A stretch of DNA of 64,000 bases from a virus, in IMG/VR virus record IMGVR_UViG_3300005518_000003, positions 1-64,000 of that record; one strand, written 5' to 3'. The notes below the pieces were generated by a model. It was not told the DNA's origin, did no database searches, and worked only from the letters and a program-made list of their open reading frames with translations. This document shows, piece by piece, positions 45,522 through 54,956 of this stretch (position 1 is the first letter of the stretch; each line of letters opens with the position of its first letter). The translations under genes and the position numbers were made by a program.

Positions 45522-47147
45522 ATGGCAGCACCTCTCCTGAGACCTTACCAGGACTTCGCCCTCGTCAACGGTCGCGTCCACATTCTCGCCGGACGAAAGC
45601 GCATCATTCTTTGCGCGTGCACGGGCGGCGGAAAGACCGTTATCGCCTCCGCGATCATCCACTCCGCGCGTAAGAACTTCAACGCGAAGATTCTCTTTGT
45701 CGCGCATCGCCTGGAGCTGATCGATCAAGCGGTCGCGCAGCTCGAACGTTGGGGTATCACCGAGGTCGGCGTCATCCGCGCCGACGATAAACGAACCGCT
45801 CCGCTCATGCCCGTGCAAGTAGCGTCGATCCAGACGCTTGCGCGCCGCGAGCTTCCTTGGATCCCCGACATCATCTTCATCGATGAATGCCATCGCTCGG
45901 CAGCGGAGAGCTACCAGAAGCACATCTTTGAGAAGTTCCCGGACTCAATCATTTTCGGCCTCACGGCGACGCCATGTCGTGCAGATGGAAAACCGCTTGG
46001 CAAAATCGTCGGAGGTCCATTCGACGCGCTCGAGATCGCAGCATCGTACTCGCACTGCATCACGGACGGTTTTATCTCGGAGCCGCGTTGCTTCTCGTGT
46101 CCTCCAATGCAAGCGCCTGATCTTTCGAAGGTGCATACCGTGGGTGGCGATTTCGACATCGGCGAGCTCGAAGAGATTATGGTCGGTGAAGCGCTCGTCG
46201 CCGGCATCTACGATCGGTGGGCCGAGCTTCACGACGGACGAAAGACCGTCATCTTCGCGACCGGCGTCCAGCACTCGCAGTCGATCGTAAAGAAGTTCCA
46301 CGAGAAAGGCGTAAAGGCCGCGCATCTAGACGGCAACACGCCCGAAGGACTTCGTCGAGAAATTCTGGCGATGCTCGAAGACGGTAGGCTCGACGTCGTC
46401 TCGAACTGCCAGATTCTCACGGAGGGTTGGGACCAACCGAGCGTGAAATGCATCATCCTCGCGCGCCCGACGAAGTCACTCGTCCTCTACATGCAGATGT
46501 GCGGTCGTCCGCTTCGTCCGTGCTGCGAATGCGGACACCCACCCGAAACACATCCGGAAAAAGGGCCGTGCACGATTTGTACGAGTTTGCTCTGTCATCC
46601 AGGTTTTCGTCCGATCACGCCCCTCATTCTCGATCACGCCGGTAACTACGATCGCCATCGCGCTCCCCACATCGATCGTGAATGGTCGCTCGACACGCCC
46701 CCGAAGCATCCGAAGGAGAGCAAGTTCAAAACGTGCCCAGAGTGCTTCGCATACATCCCATCGAACGCGCGCGAGTGTCCACACTGCAAGCATTCGTTCG
46801 TCGTCGTGCAGCCGTTCACCCCACCGAGAGAGCACAATGTTCCGCTCGTCGAGCGAAAGCCGGTGAGTGAGAAGCGAGAATTTTTCGAGAAGAAGCTCCG
46901 CGAGGCACGCGCGAACGGATACAAGCCCGGCTACGTGTCGGCGAAGTACAAGGACGAGTACGGCGCGTGGCCTCCGTGGTCGTGGAGCGAAGAAGTATCG
47001 CTGATCTTCGATCAAGACCCCACCTGGCAATCTCGCCTCGCCCGCAAAGAAGAGTGGCGCGCGAAAAGGCGCGCCGAAGAGGGTCAGACGACCGACGACC
47101 GACTCGTTCAAATGGCTGAGGCCGCGATGAAGGAATGGGACACGTGA
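45522..47147 (+). CDS. SF2 (DEAD/DEAH-like) helicase with C-terminal Zn ribbon
   Basis: LRPYQ, TGGGKT, DECH, TATP, LTEGWD, QMCGR.LR, CPEC..CPHC. Confidence 0.95.
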   Translation: MAAPLLRPYQDFALVNGRVHILAGRKRIILCACTGGGKTVIASAIIHSARKNFNAKILFVAHRLELIDQAVAQLERWGITEVGVIRADDKRTAPLMPVQVASIQTLARRELPWIPDIIFIDECHRSAAESYQKHIFEKFPDSIIFGLTATPCRADGKPLGKIVGGPFDALEIAASYSHCITDGFISEPRCFSCPPMQAPDLSKVHTVGGDFDIGELEEIMVGEALVAGIYDRWAELHDGRKTVIFATGVQHSQSIVKKFHEKGVKAAHLDGNTPEGLRREILAMLEDGRLDVVSNCQILTEGWDQPSVKCIILARPTKSLVLYMQMCGRPLRPCCECGHPPETHPEKGPCTICTSLLCHPGFRPITPLILDHAGNYDRHRAPHIDREWSLDTPPKHPKESKFKTCPECFAYIPSNARECPHCKHSFVVVQPFTPPREHNVPLVERKPVSEKREFFEKKLREARANGYKPGYVSAKYKDEYGAWPPWSWSEEVSLIFDQDPTWQSRLARKEEWRAKRRAEEGQTTDDRLVQMAEAAMKEWDT

Positions 47148-47422
47148 CGCCTGTTCAAATCAAAAACCTGCGGAAGTCTTTTGATCTCGAACGAGCTTCG
47201 TTCGCAGCTCTCCTCGGCTGTAACGAACGCACGCTCACTCGTTGGGAAGATGGTTCCAACTCTCCCCAAGGACTTCACCGAACCCTTTTGAGTTGGCTCA
47301 TTCGAGTCGAACGCGAAACTCCAGCCATCGACATGAAGCTCTGGGGAAAGAAATGCTGGGACCTCATGTTCGACAAAGGCCATTTGATCGCCCTTCGAGA
47401 ACTTCTCCGAGGTCCCCAGTGA
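47144..47422 (+). CDS. XRE-like HTH protein
   Basis: IKNLR..FAALLGCNERTLTRWE.G..P. Confidence 0.8.
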   Translation: MTPVQIKNLRKSFDLERASFAALLGCNERTLTRWEDGSNSPQGLHRTLLSWLIRVERETPAIDMKLWGKKCWDLMFDKGHLIALRELLRGPQ

Positions 47423-47823
47423 CCTGGCGCGATCACCTCTACGAGCTGAAGAAAGCCACGGAGACGGAGCTGCGTCCGTACTTCGTCGCGTGGTGTACCG
47501 AAACGATCACCGACGCGCGCTTCCTCATTCGGAACGTCGGCAATGTCGAGACCGAGGGGAGGCACTTCAAGGCCGGCGTCCGTGGACAAAGTGATGTTTA
47601 CGGCTGGCTCTTTCGCGATCCGTATCCAATGGAATTCGAGATCGAGCTCAAGAACGTCAAAACCAAACAAAGCGATGAGCAGAAGGCGTGGGCGGCGTTC
47701 TGCACGAAGTTCAAAATCCCGTACATCCTGCTTCGCGCGAACGAAGGTGAAACGCCGTACCGCATCGTTGAACAGTGGGCGAGGGAAACATGGGAATGGA
47801 TGAAGGAGCTGCGAAAACGATGA
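47419..47823 (+). CDS. VRR-NUC family nuclease
   Basis: GVRGQSD..G....EIELK...QSDEQKAW. Confidence 0.8.
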   Translation: MTWRDHLYELKKATETELRPYFVAWCTETITDARFLIRNVGNVETEGRHFKAGVRGQSDVYGWLFRDPYPMEFEIELKNVKTKQSDEQKAWAAFCTKFKIPYILLRANEGETPYRIVEQWARETWEWMKELRKR

Positions 47824-48299
47824 AAGAAGTCTGGAAACAAATAGCTAAGCACCCTCGATACATGGTGAGCAACCTTGGGAGAATTCGGTCTCGCACTAAG
47901 ATTCGGAAGTTGGTCCCGAATAATCGTCGAGGCGGGTACCTAGGATGCAGCGTCGTCAAGAATGGGAAACATTTCCTTCTTCTCGTTCATGTTCTTGTTG
48001 CTGAAAATTTTGTTGGTCCACGCCCGTTCGCCAGAGCCGAAGTGAGGCACCTGGATGGAGATGTAACAAACAATCGGTTCGACAATCTAAGGTGGGGAGA
48101 TCGCGATGATCAATTCGCTGATCAAGTTCGTCATGGCACTGACACTCGCGGACCACGAAACGGAAACGCCAGACTGACGCAGCGTGAAGCCGACACGATT
48201 CGATCCAGCTTTCGGTCTGGAAAAATTCTCTCTGAGACCTACGGCGTGTCGCAATCAACGATCAGTAGGATTCGGGGAGGGCAGAGGTACGCGTCATGA
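47820..48299 (+). CDS. NUMOD4-HNH homing endonuclease
   Basis: EVWK..Y.VSNLGRIRS; VH.LVA..F.G; VRHLDGD..NN..DNL.W. Confidence 0.9.
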   Translation: MKEVWKQIAKHPRYMVSNLGRIRSRTKIRKLVPNNRRGGYLGCSVVKNGKHFLLLVHVLVAENFVGPRPFARAEVRHLDGDVTNNRFDNLRWGDRDDQFADQVRHGTDTRGPRNGNARLTQREADTIRSSFRSGKILSETYGVSQSTISRIRGGQRYAS

Positions 48300-49129
48300 G
48301 TGCACGACCGTTTGTTAAGTGGGCTGGGGGGAAAACGAAACTTCTTCCGGAGCTGCTCAAACATGTGCCCGAGAAGATCGATACGTATGTCGAACCGTTC
48401 GTGGGTGGGGGAGCATTGTTCTTCGAGCTGGCGAACCAACGTCGGTTCAGGAAGGCGATCATCTGCGACATGAACGCGGAGCTGATCAACGCGTTCGTCG
48501 TCGTCTGGCGATCGTTTCCCGCGCTCGTCATCCAGCTCGAACGGCACAAAGAGAAACACTCCGAAGAATATTTCTATGAGGTGCGAGCCCTCGATACGAG
48601 CGCTCTCTCGGACGTCGCGCGCGCCGCTCGATTCATCTACTTGAACAAGACGTGCTTCAACGGCCTCTACCGTGTGAACAAGGCCGGGAAGTTCAACGTG
48701 CCGTTCGGTAAGTACAAAAACCCAACCGTCTGCGATCTCGAAAATCTTCGCGAGGTCTCGAAGCTTCTTCGCGAGGTCGAAATCGAATTCGTCGTCGCCG
48801 ATTACGGCAGGCTTCTTGAAAACCTCGATGTTTTCGGGAAGGGCGGATTCCACTTCGTTTACTGCGATCCGCCATACGACACCATCTCCAAAAACGCCGA
48901 CTTCACGAGCTACACCGAGGGCGGTTTCGGCTGGAAAGAACAAGAACGGCTCGAAGCAATCGCTCGTGCGATTCCTGCCGGACGAACAAAAATCGTTCTC
49001 AGCAATGCCGACACGCCCCGCGTCCGAAAACTCTACGAGAAGTGGACGCTTCACGAGGTGAGGGCGGAGCGATCCATCAATTCGAACCCTGACAAGCGCG
49101 GCAAGGTCGGGGAGCTCGTCATCACGTGA
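48296..49129 (+). CDS. dam: DNA adenine methyltransferase, Dam/D12 class
   Basis: KWAGGK, YVEPFVGGGA, YLNKTCFNGLYRVN..G.FNVPFG, DPPY. Confidence 0.95.
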   Translation: MSARPFVKWAGGKTKLLPELLKHVPEKIDTYVEPFVGGGALFFELANQRRFRKAIICDMNAELINAFVVVWRSFPALVIQLERHKEKHSEEYFYEVRALDTSALSDVARAARFIYLNKTCFNGLYRVNKAGKFNVPFGKYKNPTVCDLENLREVSKLLREVEIEFVVADYGRLLENLDVFGKGGFHFVYCDPPYDTISKNADFTSYTEGGFGWKEQERLEAIARAIPAGRTKIVLSNADTPRVRKLYEKWTLHEVRAERSINSNPDKRGKVGELVIT

Positions 49130-49782
49130 ACGAGCACGAAGAGAAGGTACGTCGCTTGATCGCGCTCGCTCTCAACGCGGGCGCCACGGACGGCGAATCG
49201 AGGAATGCTGCCATTCAAGCGCTGCGTCTCATCGAGAAGCACGGACTCATCGGAAATAGTTCTGGTCCGCAGGCTCCCACGGGTCGAGATGACACCGCAT
49301 ACAACCACATCGTCATCGCGAACCTTCAGGAGCGCATCCGCCTCCTCGAGTCGATGGTGCGCGGCGCGCGCATGAACGACGCACTTTTGCAAGGTCAGAT
49401 CCGACGCCTCAACGAGGATCTTGCGAGGGCGCACAACGAAATCGCTGGCCTCAAACACGAGGTCATGGAGGAGAAAGACAAAAAGCGCGATGCCGAGGAT
49501 CGTGCTCGACGCTTCCGTGATCATCGCTTTCCAACAACGGTGACTGAGCCTGTATGGAGACCCGGTCCGCATCCCATGAGCCAACCTGGTCGAGGGACGG
49601 TGCGGGACCCCGAACCATCAAACGGATCAAAGCCACGTCGCAAAATCATCCGTTCCCAGTATTCAGGGACGTGCAGCCGGTGTAAGGAACCGTTCGAAGT
49701 GGGCGATCGGATCGCCTGGCGAAAGGGCGCCGGGGCTCTGCATCTGCTCTGTTACGAGCGCGAGCTCCAGGAGCCTGCATGA
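49126..49782 (+). CDS. DUF2786-like protein with coiled coil
   Basis: KVRRLIALA....E.RNAA..A.RLI.KH. Confidence 0.65.
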   Translation: MNEHEEKVRRLIALALNAGATDGESRNAAIQALRLIEKHGLIGNSSGPQAPTGRDDTAYNHIVIANLQERIRLLESMVRGARMNDALLQGQIRRLNEDLARAHNEIAGLKHEVMEEKDKKRDAEDRARRFRDHRFPTTVTEPVWRPGPHPMSQPGRGTVRDPEPSNGSKPRRKIIRSQYSGTCSRCKEPFEVGDRIAWRKGAGALHLLCYERELQEPA

Positions 49783-52094
49783 TGCACGCCCCCGCATCGA
49801 CCATCCGATTCGACTTCAGCACTGATCCGGACATTCGCGTGCTCGACGCCGCGATCGAATACTTCCGCGCGGGCGCTGTTCCGGTCTTCTTGCATGGCAT
49901 CGAGGGCGGCAAGTGTACGTGCGGTAAGTCGCACGACCAGAAGACGAACGGAAAACACCCAATCCTTCGCAATTGGCAAAGCTCGATCCCAAAGGACGAG
50001 AACGCCATCCACGATCAATTTCAGTCGATCAAGGTCGCCGCTCCGAACGTCGGTCTCGTACTCGGTGCGCAGCAAACCGGCGACTACCTCATCGCGATCG
50101 ACAAGGACAGCGAAGAGCGGTTCGACGAGCTTACGGGCGAATTCGGAGCGCTTCCGAAAACACCACGCTGCGATTCAGGCCGCGGACACCGTCTCTTCTA
50201 TCGCCTGCCCGCGGGCATCCCTACGGATCGCCTAAAGAACGTCACCGGTATCGGGGGTCAACCCGGCGTCGATGCGAAGGTAAAAGGCGGACAAGTCGTC
50301 GTCGCACCGTCGAAGCATTTTCTTGGCGGCGTTTACTCATGGGTCGCCGACACCATGGGCGCGCTCGCCGAGCTACCCATGACGTGGGTCGATGCGCTCA
50401 TCGCCGAACCACTGCCGCCGCCATTCGCGCGCGAGTACACGCCGGAGACAATTCGCGCCGACGATCGTGCAAAACGAAAGCTCGAACGGTACCTCGAACG
50501 TGCTGTCATCGAAGAGTGCTCGCGTCTTTCGCGCATGCCCGAAGGACTTCGGAACACGTATCTCCATCGCAAAGCGATCTCGCTCCTCTCGCTCGTCAAC
50601 GGATGCTTCATTCCTGCACGTTGGGGCTACGTTCTCTCCGAGCTCGATAGAGCTGCGCGTGCGGCTGGTCTCTCTGGATCGGAAGTTCGAAAGACGCTGA
50701 CCTCTGCCGAAAACTTCGTCACGCGCGAAGGTGCGACGCGCGGTCCGCGTCCTGTTGTCGATCCGCCAACGTCGTCGCCTCCGTCCGGAGGTGAACCACC
50801 AACGAATGGCGCTGCGCCCTCTGCGCAGCCTGCGCCCGAGGGAGAACCGTCGCCGCAGCGCTATCCGCTCATCGTTCTTGTTCAAGATCGAGGACAGAAC
50901 GCAGCGATCGCAGAGAACGTCGCGCGCGTCCTGTCCCATCATCCGGAATGGAATGGAGGTCCGCGTCGAGACATGCTCGGGCAAACCGTACGCTGGTCAA
51001 ATCCTCTTCCTTCCCCGATCGCAGACATCCCGCGATCACGTTCAGCGATTGCGGACGAAGATCGAGCAGTGGTCCAAGCGTGGGCGTTAGGGAACTTTCA
51101 GGTTCGAGCCGGCCTCGATGTCGTTCGAGAAGGAATTGATCTCGCTGCGCGCCGTCACTCGTACGACAGTCTTATGGAGTACGTCGAAAGGCTCCCTCAG
51201 CACGACGGTGCACCTCGCCTCGACTTTTGGCTTACGACTTACTTTGGAGCTGCCGATGCGAGGGTTATTCGTCGCATCGGCCGCGCTTGGCTCACGAGTG
51301 CGATGGCTCGTGCGCTCTACCCTGGGTGCGTGGCCGATGGAATGCTCATTCTCGAAGGCCAAGAGGGAACGGGAAAAAACTGGGGCATCGAAGAGCTTTT
51401 TGGAAATGAGTGGGTAAGCCAACTCGGAAGATACAAAATTGGTGAGGATTCTGAAGCGGATCGTCTTGCCGGAATGTGGTGGGTTCTTCACGACGACGAG
51501 CTTCGCTTTCGGAAAATGCAGAAGGACGCGATGTTCTCGTGGATCACACGAAAGACCGACACCTTTCGTCTCCAGCACAAGAAGGAAATTCTAACGGTGC
51601 CGCGTCGAGCGGTGGTCGTCGGATCGAAGAATCCTCCGTACCAATACCTCGACGACGGAGAAAATCGTCGCTTCTGGCCCGTGCGTACCGGAAGGATCGA
51701 CATCGCAGCGATCAAACGAGATCGCGAACAACTTCTGGCCGAAGCACTGCTTCTCGCTCGAAGACAGGATCCAAGCGAATGGATCATTGAAAAGGACGAT
51801 CCCATTTGGGAAGACCTCGCCGAAGAGCGCGCCGAACGCATCATCAACGACCCGTTGGTGATGGACGTCATGCAGGTCCTTCCTCACGACGCAGAGATCG
51901 TCACCACGCGATGGATCCTGAACGAGCTCGGCGTTCCGCCCGAGCGGCGAAAGCAGATGGACCAAGCGGTTGCGACCGCGCTCGAGCGACTTGGCTACAC
52001 GAGTCAACGTGCACCTCGGACCGTTCCGGGTCGTCCCCGGATCCATGTCCGGTCCGGGGTGGTCCTAGGTGGAAAAATGAAAGTTTATTCGTGA
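49779..52094 (+). CDS. Bifunctional prim-pol fused to VapE/VirE-type helicase
   Basis: GKHP, NVG, IAIDKD, GRGHRLFY, VVVAPS.H; ILEGQEGTGK, DDEL, GENRRFWP. Confidence 0.9.
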   Translation: MMHAPASTIRFDFSTDPDIRVLDAAIEYFRAGAVPVFLHGIEGGKCTCGKSHDQKTNGKHPILRNWQSSIPKDENAIHDQFQSIKVAAPNVGLVLGAQQTGDYLIAIDKDSEERFDELTGEFGALPKTPRCDSGRGHRLFYRLPAGIPTDRLKNVTGIGGQPGVDAKVKGGQVVVAPSKHFLGGVYSWVADTMGALAELPMTWVDALIAEPLPPPFAREYTPETIRADDRAKRKLERYLERAVIEECSRLSRMPEGLRNTYLHRKAISLLSLVNGCFIPARWGYVLSELDRAARAAGLSGSEVRKTLTSAENFVTREGATRGPRPVVDPPTSSPPSGGEPPTNGAAPSAQPAPEGEPSPQRYPLIVLVQDRGQNAAIAENVARVLSHHPEWNGGPRRDMLGQTVRWSNPLPSPIADIPRSRSAIADEDRAVVQAWALGNFQVRAGLDVVREGIDLAARRHSYDSLMEYVERLPQHDGAPRLDFWLTTYFGAADARVIRRIGRAWLTSAMARALYPGCVADGMLILEGQEGTGKNWGIEELFGNEWVSQLGRYKIGEDSEADRLAGMWWVLHDDELRFRKMQKDAMFSWITRKTDTFRLQHKKEILTVPRRAVVVGSKNPPYQYLDDGENRRFWPVRTGRIDIAAIKRDREQLLAEALLLARRQDPSEWIIEKDDPIWEDLAEERAERIINDPLVMDVMQVLPHDAEIVTTRWILNELGVPPERRKQMDQAVATALERLGYTSQRAPRTVPGRPRIHVRSGVVLGGKMKVYS

Positions 52095-52309
52095 TTTCAC
52101 ATATTTATCTTGCCGGTCCGGGGTACCTTGGATCCAAGCGGTCCAACTTTTCCCTACGCGCGCACACGCGCTCGCGCGCGCCCGCGGGCACGGGTGGGCT
52201 ACAGTTTTCTTATTCTTCTTCTATTCTTCAAAAAACCTTGGACCACCTTGGACCATGGCCACATCATTGAAAAAAAACCTTGGCCCACCCCTTGGACCAT
52301 CTTGGACCA
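52060..52309. repeat. Putative replication origin with CCTTGGACCA iterons
   Basis: Copies at 52236, 52246, 52278, 52290 and 52300, a variant at 52126, an inverted variant at 52060; AT-rich tracts; directly after the primase-helicase. Confidence 0.7.
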
Positions 52310-52322
52310 CCACGGTACCAAA

Positions 52323-52832
52323 GTGAAAATTCGAGCGAAATTCATTCCCTGGCTGCTTCATCAGGTCGAGCGACGGGATCCCGTGGGCGACCTCGCAAAA
52401 GACGTCATGCAAGACATGGCGGATTACGATGCCGGCACTGAGCTCGATGGCGACAGACCCGACTTGGGCTGGTCGTGGAAGAATTTGTACAGACATATCC
52501 ACGCCTTCGCAGCATTCGACGTGAAGCTCGCGATCATCGAGGCAGCGAAACTCTGGCGGTCCAATCCTTTTCTCGAATTCCGAGATCCACCGACATGCGC
52601 GGGCGTGTACTGCGTGAGCTACGGAAGTTTGCCTCAGCTCGTGAAGATCGGACGAGCGAACAACATCGCGAAACGATTGAGGGGTTTGGGAACTGGAGCA
52701 CCGGGTGGAGTCGTACTTCGCGCCGTTCTTAGTCTCGATCCCGACGACGAGAAGGTCTTTCATGAAAAATTTGCACGTCATCACTTCGACGGTGAGTGGT
52801 TTCGCGCCGATCTCCTCAAAGAAGTCGAATGA
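52323..52832 (+). CDS. YozE-like plus GIY-YIG (T5orf172-like) protein
   Basis: WL..Q..R.DPVGDLAKD; GVY..VKIGRA.N..KRL..L.TG; E...H.KF...GEWF. Confidence 0.75.
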   Translation: MKIRAKFIPWLLHQVERRDPVGDLAKDVMQDMADYDAGTELDGDRPDLGWSWKNLYRHIHAFAAFDVKLAIIEAAKLWRSNPFLEFRDPPTCAGVYCVSYGSLPQLVKIGRANNIAKRLRGLGTGAPGGVVLRAVLSLDPDDEKVFHEKFARHHFDGEWFRADLLKEVE

Positions 52833-53053
52833 TGAACGGCACTTACGTCCCTGGTCGGATCAAACCTTCGGAGCGCAGCATTCCGGTCCGAGGAAAACTG
52901 CTCGACCGTCTTCGACGTGCGATCGAGCTCCACGGGCGCGCGCGGGTCGCCAAGATACTCGGGATCGATCGCGCAAAGCTCGACCGGATCTGGAAGCTTC
53001 GCGTCGTTTACCGGTCGACACACGAGCTTCTCTTGCGAAAGTTGCCGCCCTGA
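52829..53053 (+). CDS. Small HTH-like protein
   Basis: RVAKILGIDRAKL. Confidence 0.5.
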   Translation: MMNGTYVPGRIKPSERSIPVRGKLLDRLRRAIELHGRARVAKILGIDRAKLDRIWKLRVVYRSTHELLLRKLPP

Positions 53054-53228
53054 ACGTAAAGTGTGGGCAGAGCCAAACTCGCAAGGGTCCCTTTCGCCGC
53101 TTCGACGGCGTCCAATGCCCCGCGGGGCAGTGCTCTGAAACGGTTGGTTTCGCGCCCGCACGCGCCAAGCCCACCGTTTCTCTTTCCCTAGCTCACGTGG
53201 CAGAGTAAGCTCCGCTCAAAGGGATCCC

Positions 53229-53444
53229 ATGGGAAAGAAAGACGAGACGCAAGAGAAGCCGCAGCGAACGCACACCAAGTTCATCCAGCTCTTGGGCGAT
53301 GCAGAAGCGATTTACGCCCTCGATGCTGAGGGTCGCGTGTTCATCTACGTCGACGACGACTCCACCGACGAACACGGTTGGTATCAGCTCGAATACGACG
53401 ACGTTCGAGTGATCGCACAAACGCCGGACGCCGACGAAGATTGA
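53229..53444 (+). CDS. Small acidic protein
   Basis: Promoter-like motif and RBS upstream. Confidence 0.55.
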   Translation: MGKKDETQEKPQRTHTKFIQLLGDAEAIYALDAEGRVFIYVDDDSTDEHGWYQLEYDDVRVIAQTPDADED

Positions 53445-53447
53445 GTC

Positions 53448-53786
53448 ATGGTGGTCCTCGTGTGCGGAGGTCGCGACTACAAGGATCGCAACCTCGTCTT
53501 CCGGGTGCTCGACTCGTTTTTGTTCGACGAGCTTGTCCACGGCGCATGTCCAACCGGCGCTGACTTCTTTGCGGATATGTGGGCTCGCAACCGCGGACAC
53601 AAGAAGGTGAAGACGTACCCCGCGGATTGGGACGCTCACGGACGCGCCGCTGGACCGATTCGCAATGCGTTCATGCTCGACGACGCGAAACCGAACTTCG
53701 TGATCGCGTTCCCTGGCGGACCGGGAACAGCCAACATGGTCGCGCTCGCAACTGGGAAGGTTCCCGTTCTCAAAGTGGACTGGTGA
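53448..53786 (+). CDS. SLOG family (YspA/DUF2493-like) protein
   Basis: VLVCGGRDY, VHGAC.TGAD, ADW..HGRAAGPIRN..M, AFPGG.GT.NM. Confidence 0.9.
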   Translation: MVVLVCGGRDYKDRNLVFRVLDSFLFDELVHGACPTGADFFADMWARNRGHKKVKTYPADWDAHGRAAGPIRNAFMLDDAKPNFVIAFPGGPGTANMVALATGKVPVLKVDW

Positions 53787-53797
53787 AGGAGAAAAAA

Positions 53798-54085
53798 ATG
53801 GCATCCGAAAGCAATTGGATCTGCGATTGGTGCGGTGTGCGTGTAGAGAATTCGGATCAATTTCCGAAGAACTGGGCGGTGCTCGATACACATCGCGCTA
53901 CAGCACGTCGCGGTTACGGACAACACAACGAAATTCAGCTCTTTCCGAAAGAGATGTCCGTCGAAAAGACCGATGAGCATCCTCGCAACTACGAAGCCGA
54001 GTTTTGCGGTGAGTGCTTTCAAGCCATACTCGACGCTCTCAAGAACACGCGAGAAATCCGCATCTCGAAGCGCTCGAGAAAATAA
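53798..54085 (+). CDS. Zn-finger hypothetical protein
   Basis: CDWCG...CGEC. Confidence 0.55.
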   Translation: MASESNWICDWCGVRVENSDQFPKNWAVLDTHRATARRGYGQHNEIQLFPKEMSVEKTDEHPRNYEAEFCGECFQAILDALKNTREIRISKRSRK

Positions 54086-54253
54086 GGTAGGCTCGATGCA
54101 TGAAGCGCAACCCCACCACCTGGACGCGTTCACCGTTCGGTCTCGGTCTCGTCGGTCTCGCAATGGTCGGGACGGGTCTCTTCGCCGCTTGGGCGTGGAA
54201 GAACATGAGCGAGCGCGAGCGCGAGAAATTCGTCAAGAACCTCTGAGGCCCGC

Positions 54254-54490
54254 GTGATGGGCCGGTTGCGCACCAAACTGCGCCAACCGATGACGAACAG
54301 GCAGTTCATCGTAACGATGGTCGTGTTCGTGGTCTTCTTCGTCGGGATGGAGATCAAAATAGCGCTCATTCAGCGCGATACCATGCGGCACCTCGACAAC
54401 ATCAACGCGTCGCTCGACGAGATGGACAAATCTTTCGTCGCCATCAACGCTTCGCTCGATCACATGCTTGACGGAGGAGGTGATCCGTGA
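54254..54490 (+). CDS. Small membrane protein with heptad repeat
   Basis: TM, then INASLD twice. Confidence 0.5.
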   Translation: MMGRLRTKLRQPMTNRQFIVTMVVFVVFFVGMEIKIALIQRDTMRHLDNINASLDEMDKSFVAINASLDHMLDGGGDP

Positions 54491-54693
54491 CCGGTCTCCG
54501 AACTTCGCTCAGCGTAGACGGCAAGACGATCGTATTTCTCTGTCACAAATGTGGTCGCGAGCAGGCGTACGCGTCGGAGGAGAATCCCGGCGGCGTCACG
54601 CATCAGGAAGCTAAAAACTTCGGCTGGAAGGTCACAACGAGACACTGGCCGAGAACGGTCGAAACGCAACTCTGTCCCTTCTGCGAGCCATGA
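54487..54693 (+). CDS. Small Zn-finger protein
   Basis: CHKCG...GW...CPFC. Confidence 0.55.
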   Translation: MTGLRTSLSVDGKTIVFLCHKCGREQAYASEENPGGVTHQEAKNFGWKVTTRHWPRTVETQLCPFCEP

Positions 54694-54956
54694 GCATGGG
54701 TTTTTCGCGCGAGGACCAACGGCGCGTGTTTGTCCTTTGCAAGGACCGCAGCATCACGGTTGTATGGAATTATTCACCGAAGAGCTTCATCTATCACGCA
54801 ACTGCGAACGGTTTGAAAGCCGTGTGTGGAGCGCAAACCGTACTTCAGGAAGAGGAGCCCGGCATCGGTGCGTTTGATCGATCCAAAAACGTCATGACGT
54901 GCCAAAAATGCGCAGGTCTGGTCGCGCGAACGATGCGTGTGAGAGAGCCGGCCTGA
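54690..54956 (+). CDS. Small hypothetical protein
   Basis: H..CG...CQKC. Confidence 0.5.
   Translation: MSMGFSREDQRRVFVLCKDRSITVVWNYSPKSFIYHATANGLKAVCGAQTVLQEEEPGIGAFDRSKNVMTCQKCAGLVARTMRVREPA

Noticed and set aside
52236-52309. Short direct repeats as a mini CRISPR array
   Set aside because: 10-bp units, tandem or irregularly spaced, with no unique spacers; fits iterons better
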